Made by a program: the position numbers and the translations under genes. Under the pieces are notes generated by a model. That model made no database searches. It worked only from the letters and a program-made list of their open reading frames with translations, and was not told the DNA's origin. This document shows positions 44,580-53,064 of a stretch of DNA of 64,000 bases, one piece after another. Position 1 is the stretch's first letter. Every line of letters starts with the position of its first letter. The DNA is taken from positions 1,341 through 65,340 of the forward strand of contig CAZPQB010000004.1 in assembly GCA_964588605.1 (NCBI GenBank). The letters are read 5' to 3'. Source of the stretch: an uncultured Dehalococcoidaceae bacterium. Lineage in GTDB: Bacteria > Chloroflexota > Dehalococcoidia > Dehalococcoidales > RBG-16-60-22.

Positions 44580-45458
44580 ATGCCTGAAAGCATTGTCACA
44601 ATCCTGGATGTAGCTATTGGCGGTTTATTACTGGGCGGTATCTATGCCCTTATTGCCATGGGCATGAACCTCCAGTACGGTGTTGCCCGGGTGCTGAATT
44701 TCTCTCACGGCGAATTCATTATGGTCGCGGCTTTCGGCACCTTTACCCTTTACACCGTGGTGGGCATCAACCCGCTTCTTTGTCTTGTCATTATTGGTCC
44801 CGTTGTATTCTTAATTGGTGTTCTGCTCCATCGGACTCTATTTCACCAACTTAGCCTCAGGGCGCCTAACGTTGATGCCTATGCGGCCACTTCTATATTG
44901 GCTTCTTTTGGGCTGCTCTTCATCATCCAAAATATAGCTTTACTGGGATGGGGCGCCGACTACAGAGCGTACAGTTATTTAAACTTCGGAGTAAACATAG
45001 GTGGCGCGGTATTTAGTGCCAACAAGCTGGTAATCCTCGGTTTTGCGGTAGGCATAGGTGTGGGTTTCTACACGTTCCTGGCCCGTACCCACATTGGAAA
45101 GGGTATCCGGGCAGCTGCTCAAGACCCGACAACTGCCAGCCTCATGGGCGTAAACATCAACTACGTGCTGGCATTATGTTTCGGCTTCGGTGCGGCCATG
45201 GCCGGTCTGGCGGGTGTACTCTACAGTATGCGCATTCCCCTAAATCCGGCCATGGGTATGCAATATACATTCATCGCCATCATCGTTATCGTCTTAGGCG
45301 GGTTGGGCAGTATCCCGGGCAGTTTCATCGGGGGATTCATGTTGGGTATTATAGGCGAAATAGTAAGCTATTTTGACCCGAGCTTATCACTGGCTGCCTA
45401 TTATCTTATCTTCATGCTCCTGCTCCTGGTGAGACCGAAAGGTATTTTTGGGAAGTAA
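44580..45458 (+). CDS. livH: Branched-chain amino acid ABC transporter permease
   Basis: 292 aa, multi-TM. Family motifs NFSHGEF and GKGIRAAAQDP. Confidence 0.85.
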   Translation: MPESIVTILDVAIGGLLLGGIYALIAMGMNLQYGVARVLNFSHGEFIMVAAFGTFTLYTVVGINPLLCLVIIGPVVFLIGVLLHRTLFHQLSLRAPNVDAYAATSILASFGLLFIIQNIALLGWGADYRAYSYLNFGVNIGGAVFSANKLVILGFAVGIGVGFYTFLARTHIGKGIRAAAQDPTTASLMGVNINYVLALCFGFGAAMAGLAGVLYSMRIPLNPAMGMQYTFIAIIVIVLGGLGSIPGSFIGGFMLGIIGEIVSYFDPSLSLAAYYLIFMLLLLVRPKGIFGK

Positions 45459-45462
45459 ATAT

Positions 45463-46428
45463 ATGGATACTGCTAGATTTACCTCTAAAGGATTTTTAGT
45501 ACCGGGGATAATTAATCTCGTCATATTAATCGGGCTGGCTACTTTACCCCTTTATGGCTCGCTTTATAATGTCGTTTTAATAACCTCCATCATGATGTAT
45601 GCCATCCTTACGGTGAGTTGGGTTATGTTTTCCGGTTCTTCCGGTTACCTTTCGCTGGCGACAGCTACCTTCTTCGGGGTCGGTATCTATGTTTCAGCCT
45701 TATTGCTGCCGAACACAGGGGCGGTACTACCCCTGCTGGTGGTAGTCCTTATTGCCGGTCTTGGAAGCAGCATAGTTGCCCTTGGTGTTGGCGCTCTGAC
45801 CCTGAGGCTGAGAGGTATATATTTTGCTGTCTTCACTTTTGGGCTCGTCATACTCGTCCTGGAGCTTCTCAACTGGTGGGAGCATTCTGTAACCGGTACA
45901 CGTGGCCGATTCGTCATGCTGGTGGATAATGACGTTATTTTTTACATCATGCTGGTTATCTTTATCTTGTCAATGCTCACCACCTACCTTATCCGACGCT
46001 CCAAGTTTGGTTTGGCCCTGCAGAGTATTGGCGAGAATGAGGAGGCCGCGGAACACATCGGCGTTAATGTAACCATGGTGAAGGTCATCACCTTCGCCAT
46101 CAGCGCTTTCTTTATGGGGGCAACTGGGGCAATCTGGGCTACGAAATTAACATATATTGACCCATATGTCGCCTTTAATGTGCTCTATTCTTTCCTGCCA
46201 GTCCTGATGGCTATCTTCGGCGGTATGGGCCAAATTTACGGTCCAGTAATAGGCGCCGTTATTTTTGCTTACCTGCAAGAAACGTTTCAAACCGAGTTCC
46301 CCTATTATTACATGCTTTCTTTTGGTGTCATATTAATAGTAGCTATCTTGTATCTGCCCGGTGGACTTGTAGGACTGATACAAAAAGCGTGGAGACGGAG
46401 GCCAGGAGGACGACATGCCGATACTTGA
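45463..46428 (+). CDS. livM: Branched-chain amino acid ABC transporter permease
   Basis: About 321 aa from ATG 45463 (the ORF track begins at TTG 45448). Multi-TM, with the LivM-type SKFGLALQSIGENEEAAEHIGVN. Confidence 0.82.
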   Translation: MDTARFTSKGFLVPGIINLVILIGLATLPLYGSLYNVVLITSIMMYAILTVSWVMFSGSSGYLSLATATFFGVGIYVSALLLPNTGAVLPLLVVVLIAGLGSSIVALGVGALTLRLRGIYFAVFTFGLVILVLELLNWWEHSVTGTRGRFVMLVDNDVIFYIMLVIFILSMLTTYLIRRSKFGLALQSIGENEEAAEHIGVNVTMVKVITFAISAFFMGATGAIWATKLTYIDPYVAFNVLYSFLPVLMAIFGGMGQIYGPVIGAVIFAYLQETFQTEFPYYYMLSFGVILIVAILYLPGGLVGLIQKAWRRRPGGRHADT

Positions 46429-47146
46429 AGGTGAAGGGGTAACCAAGTACTTTGGCGGGTTGGCCGCCGTATCAAATGTTGATTTTTACGTTAACGAGGG
46501 CGAAATTATAGGTCTGATTGGTCCCAATGGGGCCGGTAAGACAACGCTGTTTAATCTGATATCGGCAGCCCTTGTTCCAAAACCCGGGATAATAAAATTT
46601 AAAGGTAAGAATATTACCGGCATGAAGTCGTATAAGATATGCAGGATGGGATTGGCCAGGACCTTTCAATCGGTTAAAGTTTTCGCCAATATATCAGTCT
46701 TTGATAACGTACGGTTAGGCTCGTATTTCGGGAAATCACCCGGCCTTTCATCAGCGGATGCTGCCAGGGAAGCCGGGGAGGCATTGGAGTTTGTGGGGTT
46801 ATCAGCCATGAGCGCGACTCCAGCTAGAGACCTGACGTTGGCCAATCAGAAGCGACTTGAAGTAGCCAGGGCGCTAGCCACTGGCCCGGAGCTACTAATG
46901 CTTGACGAAATGATGGCGGGGCTAAATGCCACGGAAATAGCCCAGGCTATGGAATTAGTTACCATGATTCGAGATAAGGGAATTACGATAGTCATGATTG
47001 AGCATGTTATGAAGGCCATCATGAACGTATGTGAACGAATTATAGTGCTCCATCACGGTGAGAAGATAGCGGAAGGAACGCCCCAGGAAATCGCCACCAG
47101 CCCAAAGGTTATTGAAGTATACTTAGGAGAAAAGACCGATGCTTGA
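46415..47146 (+). CDS. livG: Branched-chain amino acid ABC transporter ATP-binding protein
   Basis: 243 aa. Walker A GPNGAGKTT, a degenerate signature motif, Walker B LLMLDE. Overlaps its neighbours (operon coupling). Confidence 0.9.
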   Translation: MPILEGEGVTKYFGGLAAVSNVDFYVNEGEIIGLIGPNGAGKTTLFNLISAALVPKPGIIKFKGKNITGMKSYKICRMGLARTFQSVKVFANISVFDNVRLGSYFGKSPGLSSADAAREAGEALEFVGLSAMSATPARDLTLANQKRLEVARALATGPELLMLDEMMAGLNATEIAQAMELVTMIRDKGITIVMIEHVMKAIMNVCERIIVLHHGEKIAEGTPQEIATSPKVIEVYLGEKTDA

Positions 47147-47843
47147 AGTCAATAACATATGTACTCATTATGGCAAGATCCAGGCATTATGGGATGTTTG
47201 TTTCAATGTCAATGAGGCGGAGATATTCGCCCTGGTGGGTGCCAATGGAGCTGGTAAGTCGACACTGCTAAACACTATATCCGGTTTAGTACATCCCACC
47301 TCGGGCAGCATTACATTCCTCGGACAGAGGATAGATGGTTTGTCACCTCACGTGATAGTAGAACTTGGTATTTCTCATATACCCGAGGGCAGAAAACTCT
47401 TTACCGATATGTCAGTTCGCGAAAACCTGGAGATGGGTGCCTATCCTAAGCGTGCCTGGAAACAGAAGGATAAAACAATCGAGCGGGTGTACAAAACATT
47501 CCCCATATTAAAAGAGAGAGAGGGACAACTGGCAAGAACATTAAGCGGTGGTGAGCAACAAATGTTAGCCATGGGGCGGGGATTGATGTCCCGACCTAAA
47601 ATTTGCATCATCGATGAGCCGTCAAATGGTCTGGCACCAAGATTGGTACTGGAAGTATTTCAGATAATAAAATCGCTTCGCGAGCAGGGAATCACCATAT
47701 TGCTGATTGAGCAAAACGTCAAACAAACCCTGGAGATAGCTGATCGAGCATGTGTCATGGAAAACGGCCGATTAGCTCTTGAGGGCACCTGCGATGAGCT
47801 CCTCCAGAGCGACCATATAAGGAAGGCATATTTAGGGCTGTAG
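47139..47843 (+). CDS. livF: Branched-chain amino acid ABC transporter ATP-binding protein
   Basis: 234 aa. Walker A GANGAGKST, signature LSGGEQQ, Walker B ICIIDEPS. Confidence 0.9.
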   Translation: MLEVNNICTHYGKIQALWDVCFNVNEAEIFALVGANGAGKSTLLNTISGLVHPTSGSITFLGQRIDGLSPHVIVELGISHIPEGRKLFTDMSVRENLEMGAYPKRAWKQKDKTIERVYKTFPILKEREGQLARTLSGGEQQMLAMGRGLMSRPKICIIDEPSNGLAPRLVLEVFQIIKSLREQGITILLIEQNVKQTLEIADRACVMENGRLALEGTCDELLQSDHIRKAYLGL

Positions 47844-48065
47844 TTTACGTGTCTGGACTGCAATATACCTGAATCTGCTTATTTCACGGGCTGGAATAAA
47901 AATATAACGTGACTTCTATATGCTGACACCCCTTATAGAGAAGTGGTGAAATCAGAGGGTTTTTATAAAGTTTTTATCAACCTCATAATATAATCCTACC
48001 TATTACTGCTGAATTATTGATACAATACTGGCTATTGTCTAAAAAATGTATTAGAGGAGTAAGAA

Positions 48066-49880
48066 ATGGCCGGAGGATATATGGGCAAACTCCTGTTCGT
48101 GAATCTTTCCACAGGGGAGATGAAGGTTGAGGCACCTGACGAGAATCTTTACAGAGATTTCATAGGGGGTTACGGCGTCGGGGCAAAGATTCTATACAGC
48201 CGGCAGAAGGGGGGGGTGGACGCACTGGGGCCGGAGAATATGCTTGGCCTGCTTACCGGCCCGCTTACCGGAACACCGGCCACTTTTGGCTGCCGATACG
48301 CGGCCGTAGCCAAATCGCCACTTTCTGGCGGCTGGGGTGACGCCAATTCCGGCGGCCATTTTGGGCCCCATCTCAAGTTTGCCGGCTACGATGGCGTATT
48401 CTTTACCGGTATTTCGGAAAAGCCGGTTTACCTCCTCATTGATAACGGCAGGGCCGAATTAAGAGATGCCGCCTACCTCTGGGGAAAAGGCACTTATGAA
48501 ACTGAAGACACGCTGGAGGCGGAACACGGTCCAACGTCAAAAGTCGTCAGCATCGGTCCGGCTGGAGAAAAGGTCGCCCTTGTTGCCTGTATTATGAGCA
48601 ACAAGGGAGATGCCGCCGGACGGTCGGGCTTAGGGGCGGTGATGGGCTCTAAAAAGCTCAAGGCTGTAGTAGCCAAAGGAGAGATGAAGGTGCCCGTTGC
48701 CGACATCGAGGCGGCCAACAACCTCAGAAAAGAGCATATTGCCGAGGGAAAGATGTTCCTTGAGCACTTCCACATACTGGGTACAGGGGGACATGGCGAC
48801 ATCTCAGCCCATAGCGGTGATACGCCGGTCAAGAACTGGGGTGGTATCGGCGTCATCGAGATACCCGATGCCTCCGGTCTCAACAAGGATAAGATAACTG
48901 CGAACCTTGATAAAAGAAAGGGCTGCTGGCACTGTCCCGCCGCCTGCAAGGCCACCTTGAAAGCGGGAATCGAATACCCGTACCCGGCTGGTGCTCATAG
49001 ACTGGAATACGAGACCATAGGTGCTTTCGGGGCAAACTGCTGTAACACCAATGCAGAGTCGATAGCCATGGCCAACCACCTCTGCAACGACTATGGTCTG
49101 GATACTATCTCAGGTGGCTCAATTATCGCCTTTGCCATGGAACTGTATGAGCATGGCATTATTACCAAGGCGGATACCGACGGGATTGAGCTCACCTGGG
49201 GCAACCACAAAGCACTCGTTGCCACGACCGAGAAGATGGTGAAAAGAGAAGGCCTTGGCGATATCCTTGCCGACGGGGTACAGGTAGCCGCCGCTAAGAT
49301 CGGTAAAGGCGCCGAAGAATTCGCCGTCCATATCGGAGGACAGGAACTGGGTATGCACGACCCCAAGGGCAGTTTCTTCGGTGAAAGGATGACTATGGCC
49401 ATGTACCATATGGACGCTACCCCCGGCCGCCACACCACCGGTTTCGGACCCAGCCAGTTCATGCAGTATGTCAGCAGCGCCGCCGGACTCTGCATGCATG
49501 GCGGCATGGCTGGCAACCCCCCAAAATACATAGCAGGATTCCTGAAAGCTATAACCGGCTGGGACCGTTCCATGAAAGAGCTGCTTAAAAACGGCGAAAG
49601 GATTGCCATCATGAGGCATTGTTTTTCCCTTCGTGAAGGCGACAACCCGCTGAAACGCTTCGTACACCCCAGAATACCCGGCCGACCGCCTCAGACGGAC
49701 GGGCCACTTGCCGGCGTAACGAGAGATATAGAGGCGCAGGCATACTGGAACCTTGGTGCCCTCGATTGGGACCGGTTCTCCACCAAGCCCAGTAAAGACA
49801 GACTGCTGGCACTAGGACTGGATGACTTAGCTGAGGAGCTGTGGCCACCACAGGAAGCCCCCCGGTTTGGGCCAGGATAG
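48066..49880 (+). CDS. aor: Aldehyde:ferredoxin oxidoreductase family (tungstopterin) enzyme
   Basis: 604 aa. N-terminal GKLLFVNLSTGE...GGYGVGAKILY, and the Fe-S/pterin ligand region KGCWHCPAACK. AOR_N plus AOR catalytic layout. Confidence 0.9.
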   Translation: MAGGYMGKLLFVNLSTGEMKVEAPDENLYRDFIGGYGVGAKILYSRQKGGVDALGPENMLGLLTGPLTGTPATFGCRYAAVAKSPLSGGWGDANSGGHFGPHLKFAGYDGVFFTGISEKPVYLLIDNGRAELRDAAYLWGKGTYETEDTLEAEHGPTSKVVSIGPAGEKVALVACIMSNKGDAAGRSGLGAVMGSKKLKAVVAKGEMKVPVADIEAANNLRKEHIAEGKMFLEHFHILGTGGHGDISAHSGDTPVKNWGGIGVIEIPDASGLNKDKITANLDKRKGCWHCPAACKATLKAGIEYPYPAGAHRLEYETIGAFGANCCNTNAESIAMANHLCNDYGLDTISGGSIIAFAMELYEHGIITKADTDGIELTWGNHKALVATTEKMVKREGLGDILADGVQVAAAKIGKGAEEFAVHIGGQELGMHDPKGSFFGERMTMAMYHMDATPGRHTTGFGPSQFMQYVSSAAGLCMHGGMAGNPPKYIAGFLKAITGWDRSMKELLKNGERIAIMRHCFSLREGDNPLKRFVHPRIPGRPPQTDGPLAGVTRDIEAQAYWNLGALDWDRFSTKPSKDRLLALGLDDLAEELWPPQEAPRFGPG

Positions 49881-49932
49881 TATCACGCCGGGAAATAACT
49901 TGGTTTTACGACCTCCTTACTCCGATAATGAC

Positions 49933-49958
49933 AAACCCCGCCATAAAGGAAGGGGTTT
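49933..49958. terminator. Bidirectional hairpin terminator between convergent aor and the C_GCAxxG gene
   Basis: AAACCCC (49933-49939) pairs with GGGGTTT (49952-49958) across a 12-nt loop. The A/T extensions give U-tracts on both strands. Confidence 0.55.
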
Positions 49959-50019
49959 CGTTATTCCGGTGATAATAACTACCCCCTGAGTGGGAATGGG
50001 ACTGTGAATACCCGCGATT

Positions 50020-50649
50020 TTACTTCATGGTATCTATAATAAACCCGGCGGCAAGCCTGGCACCGATACCTGGAACCATACTGCATTTCTCAAAACCTTT
50101 CTCTTTAGCAAAGGTCATCATAGCCTCAGCGCCATCCCCGGGATTCAGCCTATACCCGATTATTACCTTTTCTATTATGTCAGCGCAATACTTATTACCT
50201 AATTCGGCTTCGAATGCGGCTATAAAATTCTGGACAGTCGCCATGGCCACTTCCATCGTTTGAGGACCGGGTCGGTCAGTGCGGCCAAAATAGAGTCCGA
50301 AGTTAATCAGGCTACCGGTTATGCCCCCACACATATTACCGGTGCCACCAATCCCGGGAAATAGAGCCAGTGCTTGAATAACCTCCATACTGCCCTGCCC
50401 GAGTTCTTCCATCAGGGCCATGGCTGTACCCTGGGCACAGTTCTTAAAAAAGAAGTTATATTCCTCAGCCCGCCGTTGAACGCGGTCGAGGATTTTCTCC
50501 CTGTTGGATAATATCTCTTTCGCGTCGAGTTTTTTCCTGGGAATACCTTGTTCAGAGAATTTCTTAACTCTGGCCTCAATCGCCGCTAGGTCCCATTCTC
50601 TACGTGACATTTCGTCTACTTTTTTCTTTAGAGCTGCATAATCCGCCAT
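50020..50649 (-). CDS. C_GCAxxG_C_C family protein (putative redox-active)
   Basis: 209 aa. NCAQGTAMAL, GNMCGGITGS, YCADI and EKC give the characteristic Cys spacing of the family. Confidence 0.72.
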   Translation of the reverse strand: MADYAALKKKVDEMSRREWDLAAIEARVKKFSEQGIPRKKLDAKEILSNREKILDRVQRRAEEYNFFFKNCAQGTAMALMEELGQGSMEVIQALALFPGIGGTGNMCGGITGSLINFGLYFGRTDRPGPQTMEVAMATVQNFIAAFEAELGNKYCADIIEKVIIGYRLNPGDGAEAMMTFAKEKGFEKCSMVPGIGARLAAGFIIDTMK

Positions 50650-51094
50650 TAATCCAGTGCCTCCTTATTTAACTACTGTACAGTATATGAATATATCATG
50701 ATTGGGCTTAGCTGTAAACAGTTGAAGGCGAGATGTTTTTGCATTTAACGACATATTCGGCCAACGTTAGCAGGTGGGTGATTATGATATACCGCGTCTA
50801 GAGTCGGCGGCTTAATTCAGAAAATACCTAGGTTAAAACCGTATATACCTCATATTAATACGCATTTATGCCTAATTTTCACAATTGCGACTAGGTATAA
50901 AGTGTAAGTTAGAGGCAAGTAGTTTAGTAGTTAATAGCATAAGAAACAGGCATTAATACGGAAGATAAATAGACAAAGTAATGTTAGTCTGAGAGCGGAG
51001 GTAAGAGAAGATGATAGAAGGAAGTCTCTTCAGCATCGTTCCAAAATCCAACTCTTATCTCTATAATATCTTCGCTTGAAAGGGGGTGTGTGCG

Positions 51095-51265
51095 ATGGAA
51101 TGGCAGTTTATAGTTGCGTTGGTAGTAGCCATACCAATCATCCTGTTCCCGGCAGCGTTTATCTGGTACCTGAACATTGGTGGCATCTACGCTGCCATTA
51201 AGGAATCGAGGGCGAGGCGAGTTATCCGCGAGAAAGGTGTCAAGGCAACAGCCAAAGCCAAATAG
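51095..51265 (+). CDS. 56-aa single-pass membrane peptide (MEWQ family, copy 1); below the ORF-track size cutoff
   Basis: ATG 51095 preceded by a GAAAGGGGG RBS. Hand translation gives MEWQFIVALVVAIPIILFPAAFIWYLNIGGIYAAIKESRARRVIREKGVKATAKAK, ending at TAG 51263-51265. Paralogous to the next gene and to the N-terminus of 55073..56749. Confidence 0.55.
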   Translation: MEWQFIVALVVAIPIILFPAAFIWYLNIGGIYAAIKESRARRVIREKGVKATAKAK

Positions 51266-51320
51266 CCATGACACCAGAAGAGATAAACAGAAATACTTGG
51301 AAAGGGGGGAATAAAACAAA

Positions 51321-51512
51321 ATGGAATGGCAGGTAATACTAGCCCTGGTAATCGCGATACCCGTAATCCTTTTTGTCCCGTTACTGGTCTGGGTAGCGGT
51401 GGTCAGCGGTGTGTACCAGGTTGCTCGTGACAGGCTACGGCGGCGCGTTACCATCACACGAAGGAAAGCGGTAACACCAGTCGAAGAAACAGTAGCTCAC
51501 GAGGTTACTTAA
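51321..51512 (+). CDS. 63-aa single-pass membrane peptide (MEWQ family, copy 2)
   Basis: MEWQVILALVIAIPVILFVPLLVWVAVVSGVYQVARDRLRRRV... GAAAGGGGGGA RBS, followed immediately by a strong terminator. Confidence 0.6.
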   Translation: MEWQVILALVIAIPVILFVPLLVWVAVVSGVYQVARDRLRRRVTITRRKAVTPVEETVAHEVT

Positions 51513-51542
51513 AAGGGAGTAGAAATACTCCCTTTTTCATTT
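51513..51542 (+). terminator. Rho-independent terminator/attenuator between the peptide genes and hdrC
   Basis: AAGGGAGTA (51513-51521), GAAA tetraloop, TACTCCCTT (51526-51534), then TTTCATTT. Confidence 0.75.
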
Positions 51543-51615
51543 GAGTAAGGAGATTTATTCGTTTATAAACCCAAATTGAGTCATTAATAGCACATATATC
51601 GAGAGGGGGAGCTTT

Positions 51616-52185
51616 ATGGTAGTAGAGACAAAGGCTAAGACTTTTGTAGATGAAATCTGTGCTATCCCCGGCGGTGAAGGTATTCGACTCTGCATCCAGT
51701 GTGGTACCTGCACCGCTTCTTGTCCTAATGCCGAAAAAATGGACCATACACCCTCAGAGCTCATAGCTATGGCGCGGGCCGGCATGCGTAAGGAAGTTTT
51801 ATCCAGCAATGCCATGTGGTATTGCCTGTCCTGCTACCTGTGTACGGTGCGCTGCCCAAGAGGGATAAAGCAGACAGACCTGATGCATGCCCTGGAGTAC
51901 CTGGCAGAACGCGCCGGGCTGAGCTGTGCCGGTAGTTTCACGCCCACTATGTACCGAAGCTTCAACCACTTTGCCTGCAGCTTGGGAAGTCTCCCTGAAT
52001 TCGGATTCATGACCTGGTTCTATATATTGAGTAATCCACTGCGTGCCTGGCGGATGATTCCGATAGCGCTGAGTCTGTTCAGGCATGGCCGCCTGTCTAT
52101 AAGGGCGAGAAGGCTGACACCGAAAGGAACCAACCAGCTAAGAGCTATTCTTGATGAAGCCGAATCTCTGGGAGGTGTCAGTTGA
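51616..52185 (+). CDS. hdrC: Heterodisulfide reductase subunit C-like (2x4Fe-4S)
   Basis: 189 aa. CIQCGTCTASCP and CLSCYLCTVRCP motifs. GAGAGGGGGA RBS. Its stop overlaps the hdrB start by 4 nt. Confidence 0.85.
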   Translation: MVVETKAKTFVDEICAIPGGEGIRLCIQCGTCTASCPNAEKMDHTPSELIAMARAGMRKEVLSSNAMWYCLSCYLCTVRCPRGIKQTDLMHALEYLAERAGLSCAGSFTPTMYRSFNHFACSLGSLPEFGFMTWFYILSNPLRAWRMIPIALSLFRHGRLSIRARRLTPKGTNQLRAILDEAESLGGVS

Positions 52186-53054
52186 AATACTATACATATT
52201 TTCCAGGCTGTTCCGCCTCTGAGGGAGGCGCCAAGGCGTATAACCTATCAGCCCAAGCTGTAAGTAAAGTCCTGGATACCGACCTCGTTGAGCTCGAAGA
52301 CTGGAACTGCTGCGGCTCGACGCCATCCATCTCAGTCGATGAACTTGGTGCCCATTGTATGGCGGCACGTAACCTTGCCCTTGCCGAAAAGAGGGGACTG
52401 GATATGGTAACGCCATGTAGCGCCTGCTACGTTGTTTTAAACCATACCAACGCCTATCTTAAGGGATACCCCCAGTTCAAAGCCAAAGTAGACAAAGCTC
52501 TGGCGGCCGGTGGCTTGGAGTACCACGGCACGGTAAAAGTCCGGCACCTCCTTGATGTTATCACCACCGATATTGGCTACGATGCCATCACGTCCAGGGT
52601 GAAAAAACCACTAAGTGAACTGAAAGTGGCCCCCTATTATGGCTGCCAGGTCATCCGCCCCAAATTTGGTTTTGACCATCCCGAGGCCCCCCAATCCCTG
52701 GATAAACTGGTAGGCAGTCTGGGGGCAGAGCCCATTTACTTCCCGCTCAAGGCCCGCTGCTGCGGGGGTTCACTGATTATTTCCGAAGAAGATGTAGCAT
52801 TAGACCTGATTCAGAAAATTTTCGATTCTGCCTCAAGCAACGGGGCTCAGTGCATTATTACAGTCTGTCCACTATGCCAGACAAATCTCGACGCCTATCA
52901 GAGCCGAGTCAACAAGAAGTTTAAAACCCATTTCAACCTCCCGGTCCTCTTCTTCACCCAGCTTATGGGTATTGCTTTTGGACTTGGCGAAAATGAACTC
53001 GGTTTGAAGAATAGTATCGTACCGGTAGAAAAGGCCTTGTCAAAATATATCTAA
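52182..53054 (+). CDS. hdrB: Heterodisulfide reductase subunit B-like (two CCG domains)
   Basis: 290 aa, TTG start. CCG motifs WNCCGST...PCSACY and ARCCGGS...VCPLCQ. Confidence 0.88.
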   Translation: MKYYTYFPGCSASEGGAKAYNLSAQAVSKVLDTDLVELEDWNCCGSTPSISVDELGAHCMAARNLALAEKRGLDMVTPCSACYVVLNHTNAYLKGYPQFKAKVDKALAAGGLEYHGTVKVRHLLDVITTDIGYDAITSRVKKPLSELKVAPYYGCQVIRPKFGFDHPEAPQSLDKLVGSLGAEPIYFPLKARCCGGSLIISEEDVALDLIQKIFDSASSNGAQCIITVCPLCQTNLDAYQSRVNKKFKTHFNLPVLFFTQLMGIAFGLGENELGLKNSIVPVEKALSKYI

Positions 53055-53064
53055 GGAGCGAAAA

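Noticed and set aside
50984-51457. 157-aa minus-strand ORF spanning the region upstream of hdrC
   Set aside because: It runs antisense across two plus-strand peptide ORFs. Each of those has a strong G-rich RBS, they are paralogous to each other and to the N-terminus of 55073..56749, and a terminator follows them. The minus-strand product is low-complexity with no recognisable motif or RBS, so I treated it as a shadow ORF.
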